This document shows positions 46,335 to 56,160 of a DNA stretch of 64,000 bases, piece by piece; position 1 is the stretch's first letter, and each line of letters begins with the position of its first letter. The position numbers were made by a program, and so were the translations under genes. The notes beneath the pieces are model-generated. The model was not told where the DNA came from. It was given only the letters and a program-made list of their open reading frames with translations, and did not search any database. The stretch comes from Ignavibacteria bacterium RIFCSPLOWO2_12_FULL_56_21 (GTDB lineage: Bacteria; Bacteroidota; Ignavibacteria; UBA10030), in contig MHAK01000134.1 of the NCBI GenBank assembly GCA_001802945.1, positions 1,382 to 65,381 on the forward strand, in the 5' to 3' direction.

Positions 46335-46487
46335 ACCTTGCCGAGCAACAATATCAATGCGATTGCAATTGACACTGATGGCAACAAATGGTTTGGGACG
46401 ATAGCCGGGGTTAGTGTATTCAAGAATGACAAATGGACACATCACACAAACGCACATTCATCGCCTCTGTTGTTCTCGCCGCGATGA
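46335..46487 (+). pseudogene. remnant of a two-component-regulator propeller (Reg_prop)-type repeat
   Basis: A frame with no start codon reads TLPSNNINAIAIDTDGNKWFGTIAGVSVFKNDKWTHHT. This is one blade-like unit of the sensor-propeller repeat, isolated and overlapping the next gene's start. Confidence 0.4.
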
Positions 46488-47164
46488 TATACTCAGCGGC
46501 AACCGCTGACGATCATATCATCTTTCAACGGATTAGGTCCGGGTTGGGCGTGCGGTTTCCAGCGCGTTCGACCGAGATCTGGATGAACGAGTCAAGCGTC
46601 TGGCTCAAGGGAAGCGCGTACGTCACGATTGAACGATACGATCTCCAGAAGCGTTGGATCGTCTCGCCCGGGAAAAAACGATATGTCGAGGTACCTCTTA
46701 CTCCCGCTCCGGAAAAGAAAATCAACAACGACAGCGTTGCAATACAACGGGCAGGATGGACATACGCGCCAACGTATGAGTGGACTGTCAAGGAAACGGA
46801 CCAGGAGGCGGTCATCGGCGATCAGCCCTGCATGCTGATCGTTGCCGAGGGAGATGCGGATTATTCTTCTGAATCCGTCGAACTCTGGGTCGCCAAGAGC
46901 GCACCTGTGAACGCCGCCTTGTACAATGAACGCGTCACGGCCGGCGCGGTGGATTTCGACTGGCAGGACCTCTTGAATGTCTTTCCCACTCTGAAAAATC
47001 GCTTCATCATGCGGTTCGTCGACAAGAGACAGCCCCCGATCGCGCCGGAAACGACCTATGAAACGAAGATCACAAAGGTCGAAACAGCCGCTCCCCCTCC
47101 CATGATTTATGAAGTCCCCGACGGTTTCCAGAGAGTAAATTCCGTCCAAGAGCTGTCCAATTGA
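46433..47164 (+). CDS. hypothetical secreted protein
   Basis: 243 aa with a signal peptide (KRTFIASVVLAAMIYSAATA). No motif recognised. 13 nt upstream of the next gene. Confidence 0.55.
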   Translation: MDTSHKRTFIASVVLAAMIYSAATADDHIIFQRIRSGLGVRFPARSTEIWMNESSVWLKGSAYVTIERYDLQKRWIVSPGKKRYVEVPLTPAPEKKINNDSVAIQRAGWTYAPTYEWTVKETDQEAVIGDQPCMLIVAEGDADYSSESVELWVAKSAPVNAALYNERVTAGAVDFDWQDLLNVFPTLKNRFIMRFVDKRQPPIAPETTYETKITKVETAAPPPMIYEVPDGFQRVNSVQELSN

Positions 47165-47177
47165 CCTTGACCGTGCC

Positions 47178-48743
47178 ATGAAAACTACGATACCGGTGAA
47201 GGCGGCTTTCCTGCTTCTGTTCCTGGCATTGTTCACAGAGCCTGTCCCAGCGCAAGACACTCTCCCAAAATACCTGTCAGTACAACTCAAACAGCTCGAG
47301 GAAACCTGGCACATTCTCGACTTGATCTCGACCGAGATCTGGCCCGGATGGACGGGCTATGCCGATTTACCGTTCATGTTCGCGTACCCCAACGGTGTTC
47401 GGATGTTGGTTGGCCATCCGAAACCACCGGAAGGCTTTTCACTCGTAGCAGGGATCACCCCAAGGGGTAAAACCGTATACCTGGATCGCTCCAAGGAAAT
47501 TCCTCTTCCAATGCCCCTTCCATTGTCCGGCGGCGGCGGTCCGATTCCTTATGGAATTGCCGACGGAAAGTCGATCACCGTCATCAGCATCAACATACGA
47601 TCTTCGAGCTTGGCCGAGGGGATGGACACGAACCGGGTTTCGCGTGACACGTATTCGACAAGGAGCGAAAACCAGATCTTGATCGGCATCCACGAACTGT
47701 TCCATTGCTTTCAGAAGAACCTCTATCAGTGGAAGAGTGGAAACCTGCGATTTAACACAGATGAAAACTATGCCACATATGCCGAAATCGAAGGGCTGGC
47801 TTTGGAACGGGCATATCTCGAAGCCAATGACGATTCCGCCAAGGAGTATTTGAAGGATTGTCTCGTTGCCAAGCAGCGCAAGCGCCGCAGCATGAATGAT
47901 CTGGAGCGTCTTCAGGAATCCGATGAGGACGTCATGGAAGGCACGGCGACATATGCAGAGTTGATGACATTGATGTTGCTCAAGAGTGGCTATGAGTCCA
48001 TCATCACTCAGAACGACGACCCGTACTTCTACAGCTTCAAGGACGCGGATTCGCTCGCTCAGTTTAAGCTGAACTCGCTCAGGACGAACAGAGCCAGTAC
48101 CCTTTCCAGTATAGGAAAGAGTTATCCGTTCGGATGCTTCGAGGCGATGCTCCTCACCCGTCTTTCTCCGGGATGGAGGAATGGATTCTTCCAAAAAGGG
48201 AAGGGACTTGAAGTCGAACTCGATTCCTTGTTGTCACTTTCACTTCAAGAACGGGAAGCCGTTGACAGCCGCCTCTCCAGCCGCTATGGCTATGACACGA
48301 TCTACGCCCGGCATGCGAGCGTGATCGGCGAACGAAACAAGGCGTATGAAACGGTACAACAACGGACGGGAATGTCGTACGTGGTGAACTTCAAGAATAC
48401 CGGCGACTTTGTTTCCGCCGAATCCTTGCAGACCTCGTACAGGGTTGGATTGATCAATATCTATCCGACAGGGATCCGGCGAGTGAGGATCGCAGACGTG
48501 GTTTTCGAAGGAAAAGAAACGCCGATGGTGATCGACCAGCTCTATTATATCAAGTGGATAGACACGGAAGCGAAAGGAAGTGAGAGTGGATACGAAGTCG
48601 AAGGAGTTCGTGAAGGCACGACGGATATCTACCGGGATGCCGTGATCTCGACGCGCGGATTCAGGCTGTCGGCACCGAAGATTGAGATAAGGGAAGGAAA
48701 GAACCGCGTGAAAATGACAGTCCTGTCCAAGTTGAAACAATGA
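47178..48743 (+). CDS. hypothetical secreted protein with an HExxH motif (putative zinc peptidase)
   Basis: 521 aa with signal peptide MKTTIPVKAAFLLLFLALFTEPVPAQ. HELFH at nt 47691-47705, followed ~25-30 aa later by EIEGLALE (possible third ligand). Confidence 0.6.
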   Translation: MKTTIPVKAAFLLLFLALFTEPVPAQDTLPKYLSVQLKQLEETWHILDLISTEIWPGWTGYADLPFMFAYPNGVRMLVGHPKPPEGFSLVAGITPRGKTVYLDRSKEIPLPMPLPLSGGGGPIPYGIADGKSITVISINIRSSSLAEGMDTNRVSRDTYSTRSENQILIGIHELFHCFQKNLYQWKSGNLRFNTDENYATYAEIEGLALERAYLEANDDSAKEYLKDCLVAKQRKRRSMNDLERLQESDEDVMEGTATYAELMTLMLLKSGYESIITQNDDPYFYSFKDADSLAQFKLNSLRTNRASTLSSIGKSYPFGCFEAMLLTRLSPGWRNGFFQKGKGLEVELDSLLSLSLQEREAVDSRLSSRYGYDTIYARHASVIGERNKAYETVQQRTGMSYVVNFKNTGDFVSAESLQTSYRVGLINIYPTGIRRVRIADVVFEGKETPMVIDQLYYIKWIDTEAKGSESGYEVEGVREGTTDIYRDAVISTRGFRLSAPKIEIREGKNRVKMTVLSKLKQ

Positions 48744-48980
48744 ACTCTCATTCGTATTCGTGACTCATTTTGTGACACCATCCGTCGAGTATCGATTCTC
48801 ATTTTCGGGAGAACTGAAGTTTAGGATGAATTATTTCTTATTAAGAAAAAAAGAGTACACACTGAGGTTGATTCTTTTCGCCATTCTCATAACTTGGTCT
48901 CACTCACAACCCTGGGGAATCAGTTCGCTTCGTAGTTGGCCGTTTGTCCACTATTTCAAGCTCAAAGGAGGAACCTGGTG

Positions 48981-51900
48981 ATGAGATTACGATTCTCGCA
49001 TTCGCAATTTCCTGCACGATGGGTGATTGTAGCGGCCATCTTCGCTAACGGATTCCAGTCATCGCTATCACAAACCGCCGTTCAACCGTTTCCATCCCAG
49101 TCTCCAGTCGTCGCCCCCCGCGCAATCGCCACCGATTTCACTCCTATCGGCATTTCCCCGTCAAGATTGATCGTCTTTTGGAGGTCGAACGATTCTCTGT
49201 TCTCGGCCGTCAGTGCAGACTCGGGAGGGACATGGGGAAGCGCGACATTTCTCTTCAAGACCGGAAGTTCCCCTGCCGGCCTGCAAGCGGCGGCGTTGTC
49301 GACCGGGAAGGTCCTTCTTGTATGGAAAGATGCGTTAGGCCTCGAATATTCATCGTCCTCCGACAGCGGAGTCACATTTACGCCGGCAGCAATCGTCTCC
49401 GCGCCCAGCGATATCCCTTACGGCCTTTCGCAAACGACCGACGGAAAGGTATGGTTGTCGTATACCCGGTCGGTAAGTGGTGAGTCCAACAACGTCTATT
49501 ACCGCACCAGCACTGACAGCGGCACGACATGGAGCGGCGAAACAGCGCTACGGACGGGGACCGCTAACGAGCAGGGGGCTGCCTTCGTTTCTGGAAACGG
49601 ATCGACTATTGTCGCGATGTACCAGGACAACTCCGACAACTTGCGCACATATATCTATCGAATGACCTCAACGGACGGCGGGACAAGCTGGTCCGCTCCC
49701 ACCAGGATGTTCGGGAGCGATACGCTCGATCGATTCACCCCGCGCCTGGTTCGACTGTCGGATGGAACACTGGTCATGGTACTTACGGAAAATCGACGAC
49801 GGGTCCTGTTTTCTCCATTCCTCGGTTCCGCTGCCTTTCCGTTGGGAGGATATGCGCTCGGAGACATCGTATCGACAAAGAGCACGGATGGCGGAGACAC
49901 ATGGGATACCACGAGTGCGCTGACCCGGTTTGCCGGAACGGATAACGTCCCGCGCGCCACGCTCCTGGGGAACCTTGCGTTCGTTTCTTTCAACTCCGTG
50001 CGGTATGCCGGGGCGTACTATTACGGGATCGTCGGAATTACGTCGGACCCCAATCCGCCCCCCGATATCGAGTATAGAACGACGACGGCCCCTGCACAAG
50101 GGACTCCGCTTTCGGCACTAATGCACGCGATCGATGAGACGGGAGTCGGCGGCGTGCAGGCATACTATACGAAGGACGGCCTCGAGAACGGGCCATATGC
50201 ACTGTATGACGACGGCACACACGGAGATTACGGCGCCGGTGACGACATTTACGGCGGCCAATTGGGCACGTTTAACGTGGACGATGTGATTGCGAATGTC
50301 CGATTTGTCGTCACGGACAACGCGAACACGGTGACGAGTTTTCTTGGTGCTTTTACAATCCCGGCCGTACACAATCTCGGAAACGTGCTGCTGGCGATGG
50401 GCGCAAACAGCGTTCTGGGTTCGAACGGTGGCGACAATTCCGCAAGCTGGCCGAAATCGGAGCCCTACAGCTACCTGTATACAGGCGGACTGTGGATAGG
50501 CGGCAAAGTAGGTACCGAGGCCCGAGTCATGGAATCGCACTATTCGACGTTCGACTGGCGCCGCACTCCCGGTACAGCGACGGCAATTTCGGAAGACGCC
50601 GCCGTCCAAGCTATCTCCATGGTATACGATGATTCTACAGCCATTTCCACGCCTTTGGGACTTCGCGTGATGCAGACGTCGTATCAATGGTCAGACAATG
50701 CGCACGACGACGGACTCGTGATCAGGTATCGTATTGAAAACCGTGGTGTGAATCCCTTTCTCGACAGCATCTTTGTCGGATTGTGGACGGATCCCGACGT
50801 GCCGCCGACAGCCGGCACAAACCTTGCTGGATACGATTCCCTCAGGAACATGGTGTATCTCAGCCAGTCCTCCCAGACGGGCGGATACATCGGTATACGC
50901 CTCCTGTCGTCCAACCATCCGCTGTTCTCCGCCGTATTCTTTGCCAACGGGGCTGAGAGCGAACCGACGACGGACGCAGGACGGTACGCCAGCATGAGAA
51001 GCGGCGTGAAGTATCAGCCTGCGAGTATTGCTGACTATCGCCTTATGCCCGTCGCCTCACCGTTTGGACTGGCGGCCGGACAGGCCGAAACGATCACGTT
51101 CGCTTTGGTCCTCGGCAATGGCCTGACGCAGCTGCAAACGAACAGCGATTCGATCGCGGCTTTGTACGAACGGACGGTTGCCAACGATATCGGAGATCCA
51201 GGACCGCTCGCATCTGTACGGCCGTTCCCCGGGCAGTCGCCATTCACGCAGCCACGCGCTAGCGCAACCGACTATGTGCCTGTCGCCCTAAGCACGTCGA
51301 GTCTGCTCACATATTTCCGCAGCAATGATTCGGTGTTTGTCATTGCCAGCAACGACTGGGGCAAGTCATGGGGCAACATCCGGTTCTTGTTGAAAACAGG
51401 AGCTTCGCCGTCAAACCTCCAGGCGATCCGGCTGACATCTGGGCGAATCCTGCTCGCATGGCACGACGCCGGCGGAATGTTCTTCGTAACGTCGGACGAC
51501 AACGGTACCACGTACTCTCCCGCTTCAAATATCTTCGCCACTTCAGATTTTCCCTATGCCCTCTCACAAACCGCCGACGGGACTGCATGGCTGTCCTATT
51601 CCCGGTCTGTAACTGGACAATCAAACAACAGTTATTATCGCAAGAGCACGAACAACGGCGCATCGTGGGGCAGCGAGAACGTGTTCCTCACAACCGCCGC
51701 CAACGAACAGGGGGCTGTATTCGTCTCGACAACGGGGCCGACAGTGCTGGCCTTCCACTCTGACAACTCGCTGAATAACAAGAACCACACCTACGTCAGC
51801 TCGACGACGGACGGCGGCACTACCTGGACGGCCGCAACTCAATTGTTCGCGACCGATACCCTTGAGCGTTTCGCGCCGCGCGTAACGAGGGGTTCAGACG

Positions 51901-54900
51901 GAATGCTGACGCTTGTGATGGCGGATCTGAACCGGCGGATGTACTCGCCGTTCATCGGGTCGATCAACTATCCCGGCGGCTATGCGCTCGGCGACGTCGT
52001 TTCCTCGATGAGCACGGATAACGGTGCGACCTGGTCTGCTCCGTCGCCTCTGACATCGTTTGCCGGAACAGACAATGCGCCCCGATCGACGTTGCTGGGA
52101 GATCTCACGTTCGTCTCGTTCAATTCCGTGCGATACCTCGGAGGAGCGCTGCAGGCACTCGGTGCGTATTATTATGGCATCTTAGGCGTCTCCGGCGATC
52201 CCAATCCCCCTCCCAATGTGGACTACGTGGCGACATCGGCGCCGGAACAGGGCGTTCCGCTTTCTGCGCTCATCCAGACGAACGACGAGACCGGTATCGT
52301 GAGCGCGCAGGCATTCTGCACCAAGAACGGCATCGAATCGGGTCCATTCACCCTGTTCGACGACGGCGCGCACGGCGACTATGAGGCTTCTGACGGCGTG
52401 TACGGCGGACAGCTCAACACGTTCAATGTCAGCGACGTAGTAGATGTCCGGTACGTCGTCGCCGACAACGCCAATACAGTCACGTGGTACTTGAATGGGG
52501 TGATCATTCCGGCAGTTCACAACGCGGGGAATGTGAAGCTTGCACTGAAAGATAACAGCGTCATCGGATCTTCGGGTGGCGTTGGCAACTCCGCTACGTG
52601 GCCCGCTTCCGGTGGTGACGACTATTTGTTCACCGGCGGACTCTGGGTCGGCGGCAAAGTTGGACCTGCGGCCCGCGTGATGGAAGCGCACTATTCGACG
52701 TTTGACTGGCGGCGCACACCTGGGACGACGGTCACGATCGGCAGCGGACCGGCGGACCAGGTCATCACAATGACGTACGACGACTCCCTCGCCGGCTCTG
52801 TGCCGCTCGGGCTGCGCGTGACTCAGAAAAGCTATCAATGGTCCGATCCAAACCATGATGACGGCATAGTCTTCTCGTATCGCCTGGAAAACCGGGGAGT
52901 GAATCCTTTTCTCGACAGCTTGTTGGTCGGATTGTGGACAGATCCCGACGTGCCGCCGACAGCCGGCAATAACATCGGCGGGTTCGACTCCTCCCGGCAA
53001 ATGCTTTATCTCAGCCAGTCATCGCAGACCGGTGGATTTATTGGATTCCGCCTTCTCTCGCCCAGCCACCCGCTGTACTCCGCCGTCTTCTACGCCAACG
53101 GCGCGGAGGCCGAACCGTTCACCGATGCAAATCGGTATGCGAGCATGAGGAGCGGGGTACACTATCAACCGGCGGGCGTTTCCGACTACCGCATCATGCC
53201 CGTCGCTTCACCGTTCGGATTGGCTGCCGGTCAGACTGAAACGATCACGTATGCCCTTGTGCTCGGCAACGGGCTGTCGGAACTTGAGGCCAACAGCGAT
53301 TCCATCGCGGAGCGGTATTTTCAAACGATCGCCAACAACATTGGCGATCCGGGACCGCTCGCAACAGTGAAGCCGTTCCCGAGGCAGTCGCCGTTTGCGC
53401 TTCCGCGGTCGGTCGCGTCAGACTTTGCGCCTGTCGCCCTGAGCACGTCGAGCCTGCTTGTGTGTTTCCGAAGCAATGACTCGTTGTTCACCATTGCCAG
53501 CAATGACTGGGGCAAGTCGTGGGGAAGTGTCCGGGGAATGTTCCAGACCGGCGCGTTTCCCTCGAACATTCAGGCAACGCGCCTCTCGTCAGGAAGGATC
53601 ATCATTGCATGGCGGGACGGTGACGGCATGCGCTACGTCAATTCGGATGACAACGGGACGAGTTTTTCCCCCCCCGCAAGCTTCTCCGCAACGGCGGACA
53701 ACCCCTACTCGATCTCTCAAACAAGTGACGGAAAAGTGTGGCTATCGTACACCCGTTCCGTGACCGGTCAGTCCAACAATATCTATTATCGAACCAGCAC
53801 GGACAATGGCGCGACCTGGAGCGGCGAAATGGGATTGCGGACGGGAACTGCCAACGAGGTGGGAGCGACCTTCATTTCCGGCGGCGGTTCGACTGTCTCC
53901 GCCTTGTATCACGACAATTCCGACAATTTACGCACGCACGTCTATTCGATGAGTTCGACGGACGGAGGGACGAACTGGTCGCCGCCCGCGCGGATGTTCG
54001 CGAGCGATACGCTGGAACGGAACACGCCAAAAGCAATGCGCCTGTCCAACGGAACGTTTGTCCTGGTGTTCGCAGAGCTCAGAAGATTGGTGGCGTACTC
54101 GCCCTTCCTGGGAACACCGGCGTATCCGTCCGGCGGATATGCCCTGTCCGATATTGCATATTCGACGAGTCATGACGGCGGCGCGACGTGGAGTGCGACG
54201 ACGGCGATGACGCAGTTTGCAGGAACGGACAATGTCCCGCGAATTGCCCTACTTGGGGACCTTCCGTTCGTTTCTTTCAACACTGTGCGATATACGGGGG
54301 CATATTACTATGGAATCCTGGGCATCACAGCCGATCCCAACCCGCCACCGGATGTTGAGTACGCTACGTCCACCGCTCCCGAGCAAGGCGTGCCTTTCTC
54401 CGCGATCATACACACAATCGATGAAACGGGCATCGTTGGTGTTGAGGCGTATTACACGAAAGACAACGTTCAGACTGGACCTGCCCCGCTTTATGACGAC
54501 GGCGCCCATGACGACTATGGTTCGGGCGACGGTATCTACGGTGGACCTCTCGGCACGTTCAACCCCGGCGACGTCATCGACATTCGCTATGTCGTCACCG
54601 ACAACGCCAATACGCTCTACTGGTTCCTTCCGGGCGTTTCCATCCCCGCCGTGCATAATGCCGGGAATGTGAAACTTGCCCTCAGGCAGAACAGCGTGCT
54701 GGGAACGAGCGGAGGAGATAATTCAGCGAAGTGGCCCAAGATCGGGGGCCTCAATTATCTGTACACAGGAGGCCTGTGGGTCGGGGGGAAGGTGGGCTCG
54801 GAAGCCCGCGTGATGGAAGCACACTATTCAACGTTCGACTGGCGCCGGACAGTCGGCACTCCGTTCGCGGCCGCCAGTGACGCCTCGATGCAGACCATTG

Positions 54901-55766
54901 CCGTTACCTACGACGATTCGAGCGCTCTTTCATCACCGCTCGGGCTCCGAGTGCTGCAAAAGAGTTACCAGTGGACAGCTCCATCTAGCGATGACGGTGT
55001 GGTCATTACCTATCGACTGGAAAACCGGGGTGTCAATTCGCAGATCGACAGCATCTTCGTCGGACTCTGGACGGATCCCGACGTTCCACCCTCTGCCGGT
55101 ACAAATATGGGCGGTTATGACTCAGTCCGGCAAATGCTCTATGTGAGCAATTCCTCTCAAACCGGCGGTTACTTTGGGCTGCGTGTTCTTTCGAACAGCC
55201 ATCCTCTGTACTCGTCCGTCTTCTACGCCACCGGGGCGGGCACCGAGCCGTTCACCGATGCGGGACGATACGCGAGCATGAGCAGCGGAGTAAAGACCCA
55301 GCCGGGAGGAGTTTCCGATTTTCGCATTATGCCGGTTGCTGCTCCATTCGGCCTTGCGGCCGGACAATCGGAAACGGTCGCGTTCGCTCTCGTCCTCGGA
55401 AACGGGATTGAAGAACTCAGGACAAACAGCGACTCCATTGCGGCGCATTATAGCCAGCTTGTCCTGACGGATGTAGAGGAGCAGCCGGAGGAATCGGTGC
55501 CGTTGAAATTTGCGCTCGAGCAAAACTTCCCCAACCCGTTCAATCCAACGACAACGATCCGCTTCTCTCTCGCATCGCAGAGCCACGTGAGGCTCGTGGT
55601 ACGAAACATTCTGGGAGAAGAAATTGCGACGCTTGTCGAACGCGAGTTGCCGGCGGGAGTTCATTCTGCATCGTGGGATGCGCGGACTCTCTCAACGGGC
55701 GTCTATTTTTGCACGATTTGGGCCGGAGATTTTGTCGCGACGAGGAGAATGGTCTTGATAAAGTAG
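48981..55766 (+). CDS. giant T9SS-sorted surface protein: 3 x (BNR/Asp-box propeller + unknown domains) + type-A C-terminal sorting domain
   Basis: ATG 48981 is preceded by AAGGAGG (48965-48971); the track start 48936 is less likely. About 15 Asp-boxes (SADSGGTW, STDSGTTW, STDGGTSW, STDGGDTW, STDNGATW..). C-terminal LEQNFPNPFNPTTTIRFSL..GVYFCTIWAGDFVATRRMVLIK. Confidence 0.85.
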   Translation: MRLRFSHSQFPARWVIVAAIFANGFQSSLSQTAVQPFPSQSPVVAPRAIATDFTPIGISPSRLIVFWRSNDSLFSAVSADSGGTWGSATFLFKTGSSPAGLQAAALSTGKVLLVWKDALGLEYSSSSDSGVTFTPAAIVSAPSDIPYGLSQTTDGKVWLSYTRSVSGESNNVYYRTSTDSGTTWSGETALRTGTANEQGAAFVSGNGSTIVAMYQDNSDNLRTYIYRMTSTDGGTSWSAPTRMFGSDTLDRFTPRLVRLSDGTLVMVLTENRRRVLFSPFLGSAAFPLGGYALGDIVSTKSTDGGDTWDTTSALTRFAGTDNVPRATLLGNLAFVSFNSVRYAGAYYYGIVGITSDPNPPPDIEYRTTTAPAQGTPLSALMHAIDETGVGGVQAYYTKDGLENGPYALYDDGTHGDYGAGDDIYGGQLGTFNVDDVIANVRFVVTDNANTVTSFLGAFTIPAVHNLGNVLLAMGANSVLGSNGGDNSASWPKSEPYSYLYTGGLWIGGKVGTEARVMESHYSTFDWRRTPGTATAISEDAAVQAISMVYDDSTAISTPLGLRVMQTSYQWSDNAHDDGLVIRYRIENRGVNPFLDSIFVGLWTDPDVPPTAGTNLAGYDSLRNMVYLSQSSQTGGYIGIRLLSSNHPLFSAVFFANGAESEPTTDAGRYASMRSGVKYQPASIADYRLMPVASPFGLAAGQAETITFALVLGNGLTQLQTNSDSIAALYERTVANDIGDPGPLASVRPFPGQSPFTQPRASATDYVPVALSTSSLLTYFRSNDSVFVIASNDWGKSWGNIRFLLKTGASPSNLQAIRLTSGRILLAWHDAGGMFFVTSDDNGTTYSPASNIFATSDFPYALSQTADGTAWLSYSRSVTGQSNNSYYRKSTNNGASWGSENVFLTTAANEQGAVFVSTTGPTVLAFHSDNSLNNKNHTYVSSTTDGGTTWTAATQLFATDTLERFAPRVTRGSDGMLTLVMADLNRRMYSPFIGSINYPGGYALGDVVSSMSTDNGATWSAPSPLTSFAGTDNAPRSTLLGDLTFVSFNSVRYLGGALQALGAYYYGILGVSGDPNPPPNVDYVATSAPEQGVPLSALIQTNDETGIVSAQAFCTKNGIESGPFTLFDDGAHGDYEASDGVYGGQLNTFNVSDVVDVRYVVADNANTVTWYLNGVIIPAVHNAGNVKLALKDNSVIGSSGGVGNSATWPASGGDDYLFTGGLWVGGKVGPAARVMEAHYSTFDWRRTPGTTVTIGSGPADQVITMTYDDSLAGSVPLGLRVTQKSYQWSDPNHDDGIVFSYRLENRGVNPFLDSLLVGLWTDPDVPPTAGNNIGGFDSSRQMLYLSQSSQTGGFIGFRLLSPSHPLYSAVFYANGAEAEPFTDANRYASMRSGVHYQPAGVSDYRIMPVASPFGLAAGQTETITYALVLGNGLSELEANSDSIAERYFQTIANNIGDPGPLATVKPFPRQSPFALPRSVASDFAPVALSTSSLLVCFRSNDSLFTIASNDWGKSWGSVRGMFQTGAFPSNIQATRLSSGRIIIAWRDGDGMRYVNSDDNGTSFSPPASFSATADNPYSISQTSDGKVWLSYTRSVTGQSNNIYYRTSTDNGATWSGEMGLRTGTANEVGATFISGGGSTVSALYHDNSDNLRTHVYSMSSTDGGTNWSPPARMFASDTLERNTPKAMRLSNGTFVLVFAELRRLVAYSPFLGTPAYPSGGYALSDIAYSTSHDGGATWSATTAMTQFAGTDNVPRIALLGDLPFVSFNTVRYTGAYYYGILGITADPNPPPDVEYATSTAPEQGVPFSAIIHTIDETGIVGVEAYYTKDNVQTGPAPLYDDGAHDDYGSGDGIYGGPLGTFNPGDVIDIRYVVTDNANTLYWFLPGVSIPAVHNAGNVKLALRQNSVLGTSGGDNSAKWPKIGGLNYLYTGGLWVGGKVGSEARVMEAHYSTFDWRRTVGTPFAAASDASMQTIAVTYDDSSALSSPLGLRVLQKSYQWTAPSSDDGVVITYRLENRGVNSQIDSIFVGLWTDPDVPPSAGTNMGGYDSVRQMLYVSNSSQTGGYFGLRVLSNSHPLYSSVFYATGAGTEPFTDAGRYASMSSGVKTQPGGVSDFRIMPVAAPFGLAAGQSETVAFALVLGNGIEELRTNSDSIAAHYSQLVLTDVEEQPEESVPLKFALEQNFPNPFNPTTTIRFSLASQSHVRLVVRNILGEEIATLVERELPAGVHSASWDARTLSTGVYFCTIWAGDFVATRRMVLIK
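49080..51215 (+). repeat. intragenic tandem unit 1 (712 codons)
   Basis: Begins VQPFPSQSPVVAPRAIATDF.. and ends ..NSDSIAALYERTVANDIGDPGPLAS. Confidence 0.85.
51216..53366 (+). repeat. intragenic tandem unit 2 (717 codons)
   Basis: Begins VRPFPGQSPFTQPRASATDY.. and ends ..NSDSIAERYFQTIANNIGDPGPLAT. 52929-52968 matches 50778-50817 at 39/40 nt. Confidence 0.85.
53367..55496 (+). repeat. intragenic tandem unit 3 (about 710 codons)
   Basis: Begins VKPFPRQSPFALPRSVASDF.. and ends ..NSDSIAAHYSQLVLTDVEEQ, followed by the sorting domain. Confidence 0.85.
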
Positions 55767-55798
55767 ACCACTCCGGCGGCCGAGCGGCGACATTTCAA

Positions 55799-55846
55799 CT
55801 CCCGGCGCCACCAGGAAGATCCTTCCGGGTGCGCCGGGAGTTTTTT
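55799..55846 (+). terminator. strong intrinsic terminator after the giant gene
   Basis: 10-bp GC stem ctcccggcgc (55799-55808) / gcgccgggag (55831-55840), an inner ggaag-atc-cttcc hairpin, then TTTTTT (55841-55846). Confidence 0.8.
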
Positions 55847-55901
55847 CATGCGGTGAGGGAAAGGCTGTTGCGCTGTCGCCTGAGGTTGTTGGGTGAGAGA
55901 A

Positions 55902-56160
55902 CTAATACTTGAAGATCTTGCCCCCCGCCATCACTTCCTGCGTCTTTTCGTCGAACCACACTTTTTCGCCCGTCCGCACTGCCGCGTTGGTCATGATGGT
56001 GGCTATAGAATGCTCGTATCCAGCCTGGACCGGGCCGTTCGGTTGTTTGCCGCTTCACATGCATTCGACCCAGTTGCGCATATGCAGATTCGTCAACGTG
56101 TCGACGCCGGTGGTTGCGATCATAGTTCGCGCCCGCAACTGTGAAAGAACCGACTCTTCA
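55902..56160 (-). pseudogene. C-terminal relic of a Gfo/Idh/MocA-family oxidoreductase with an in-frame TGA
   Basis: The minus frame reads ..TLTNLHMRNWVECM*SGKQPNGPVQAGYEHSIATIMTNAAVRTGEKVWFDEKTQEVMAGGKIFKY*. TGA at 56055-56057 sits where Arg (CGA) is expected. The N-terminal ~300 codons are missing because the ABC-2 gene abuts at 56161. Confidence 0.6.

Noticed and set aside
47307-47312. TGGCAC as the sigma-54 -24 element.
   Set aside because: There is no TTGC at the -12 position (N5 is followed by CGACT), and the site lies inside a coding region.
52182-53000. 272-aa minus-strand ORF, with similar ORFs at 50118-50687 and 55122-55664.
   Set aside because: They are antisense to the giant BNR gene. 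They recur simply because the sense gene is internally repeated.
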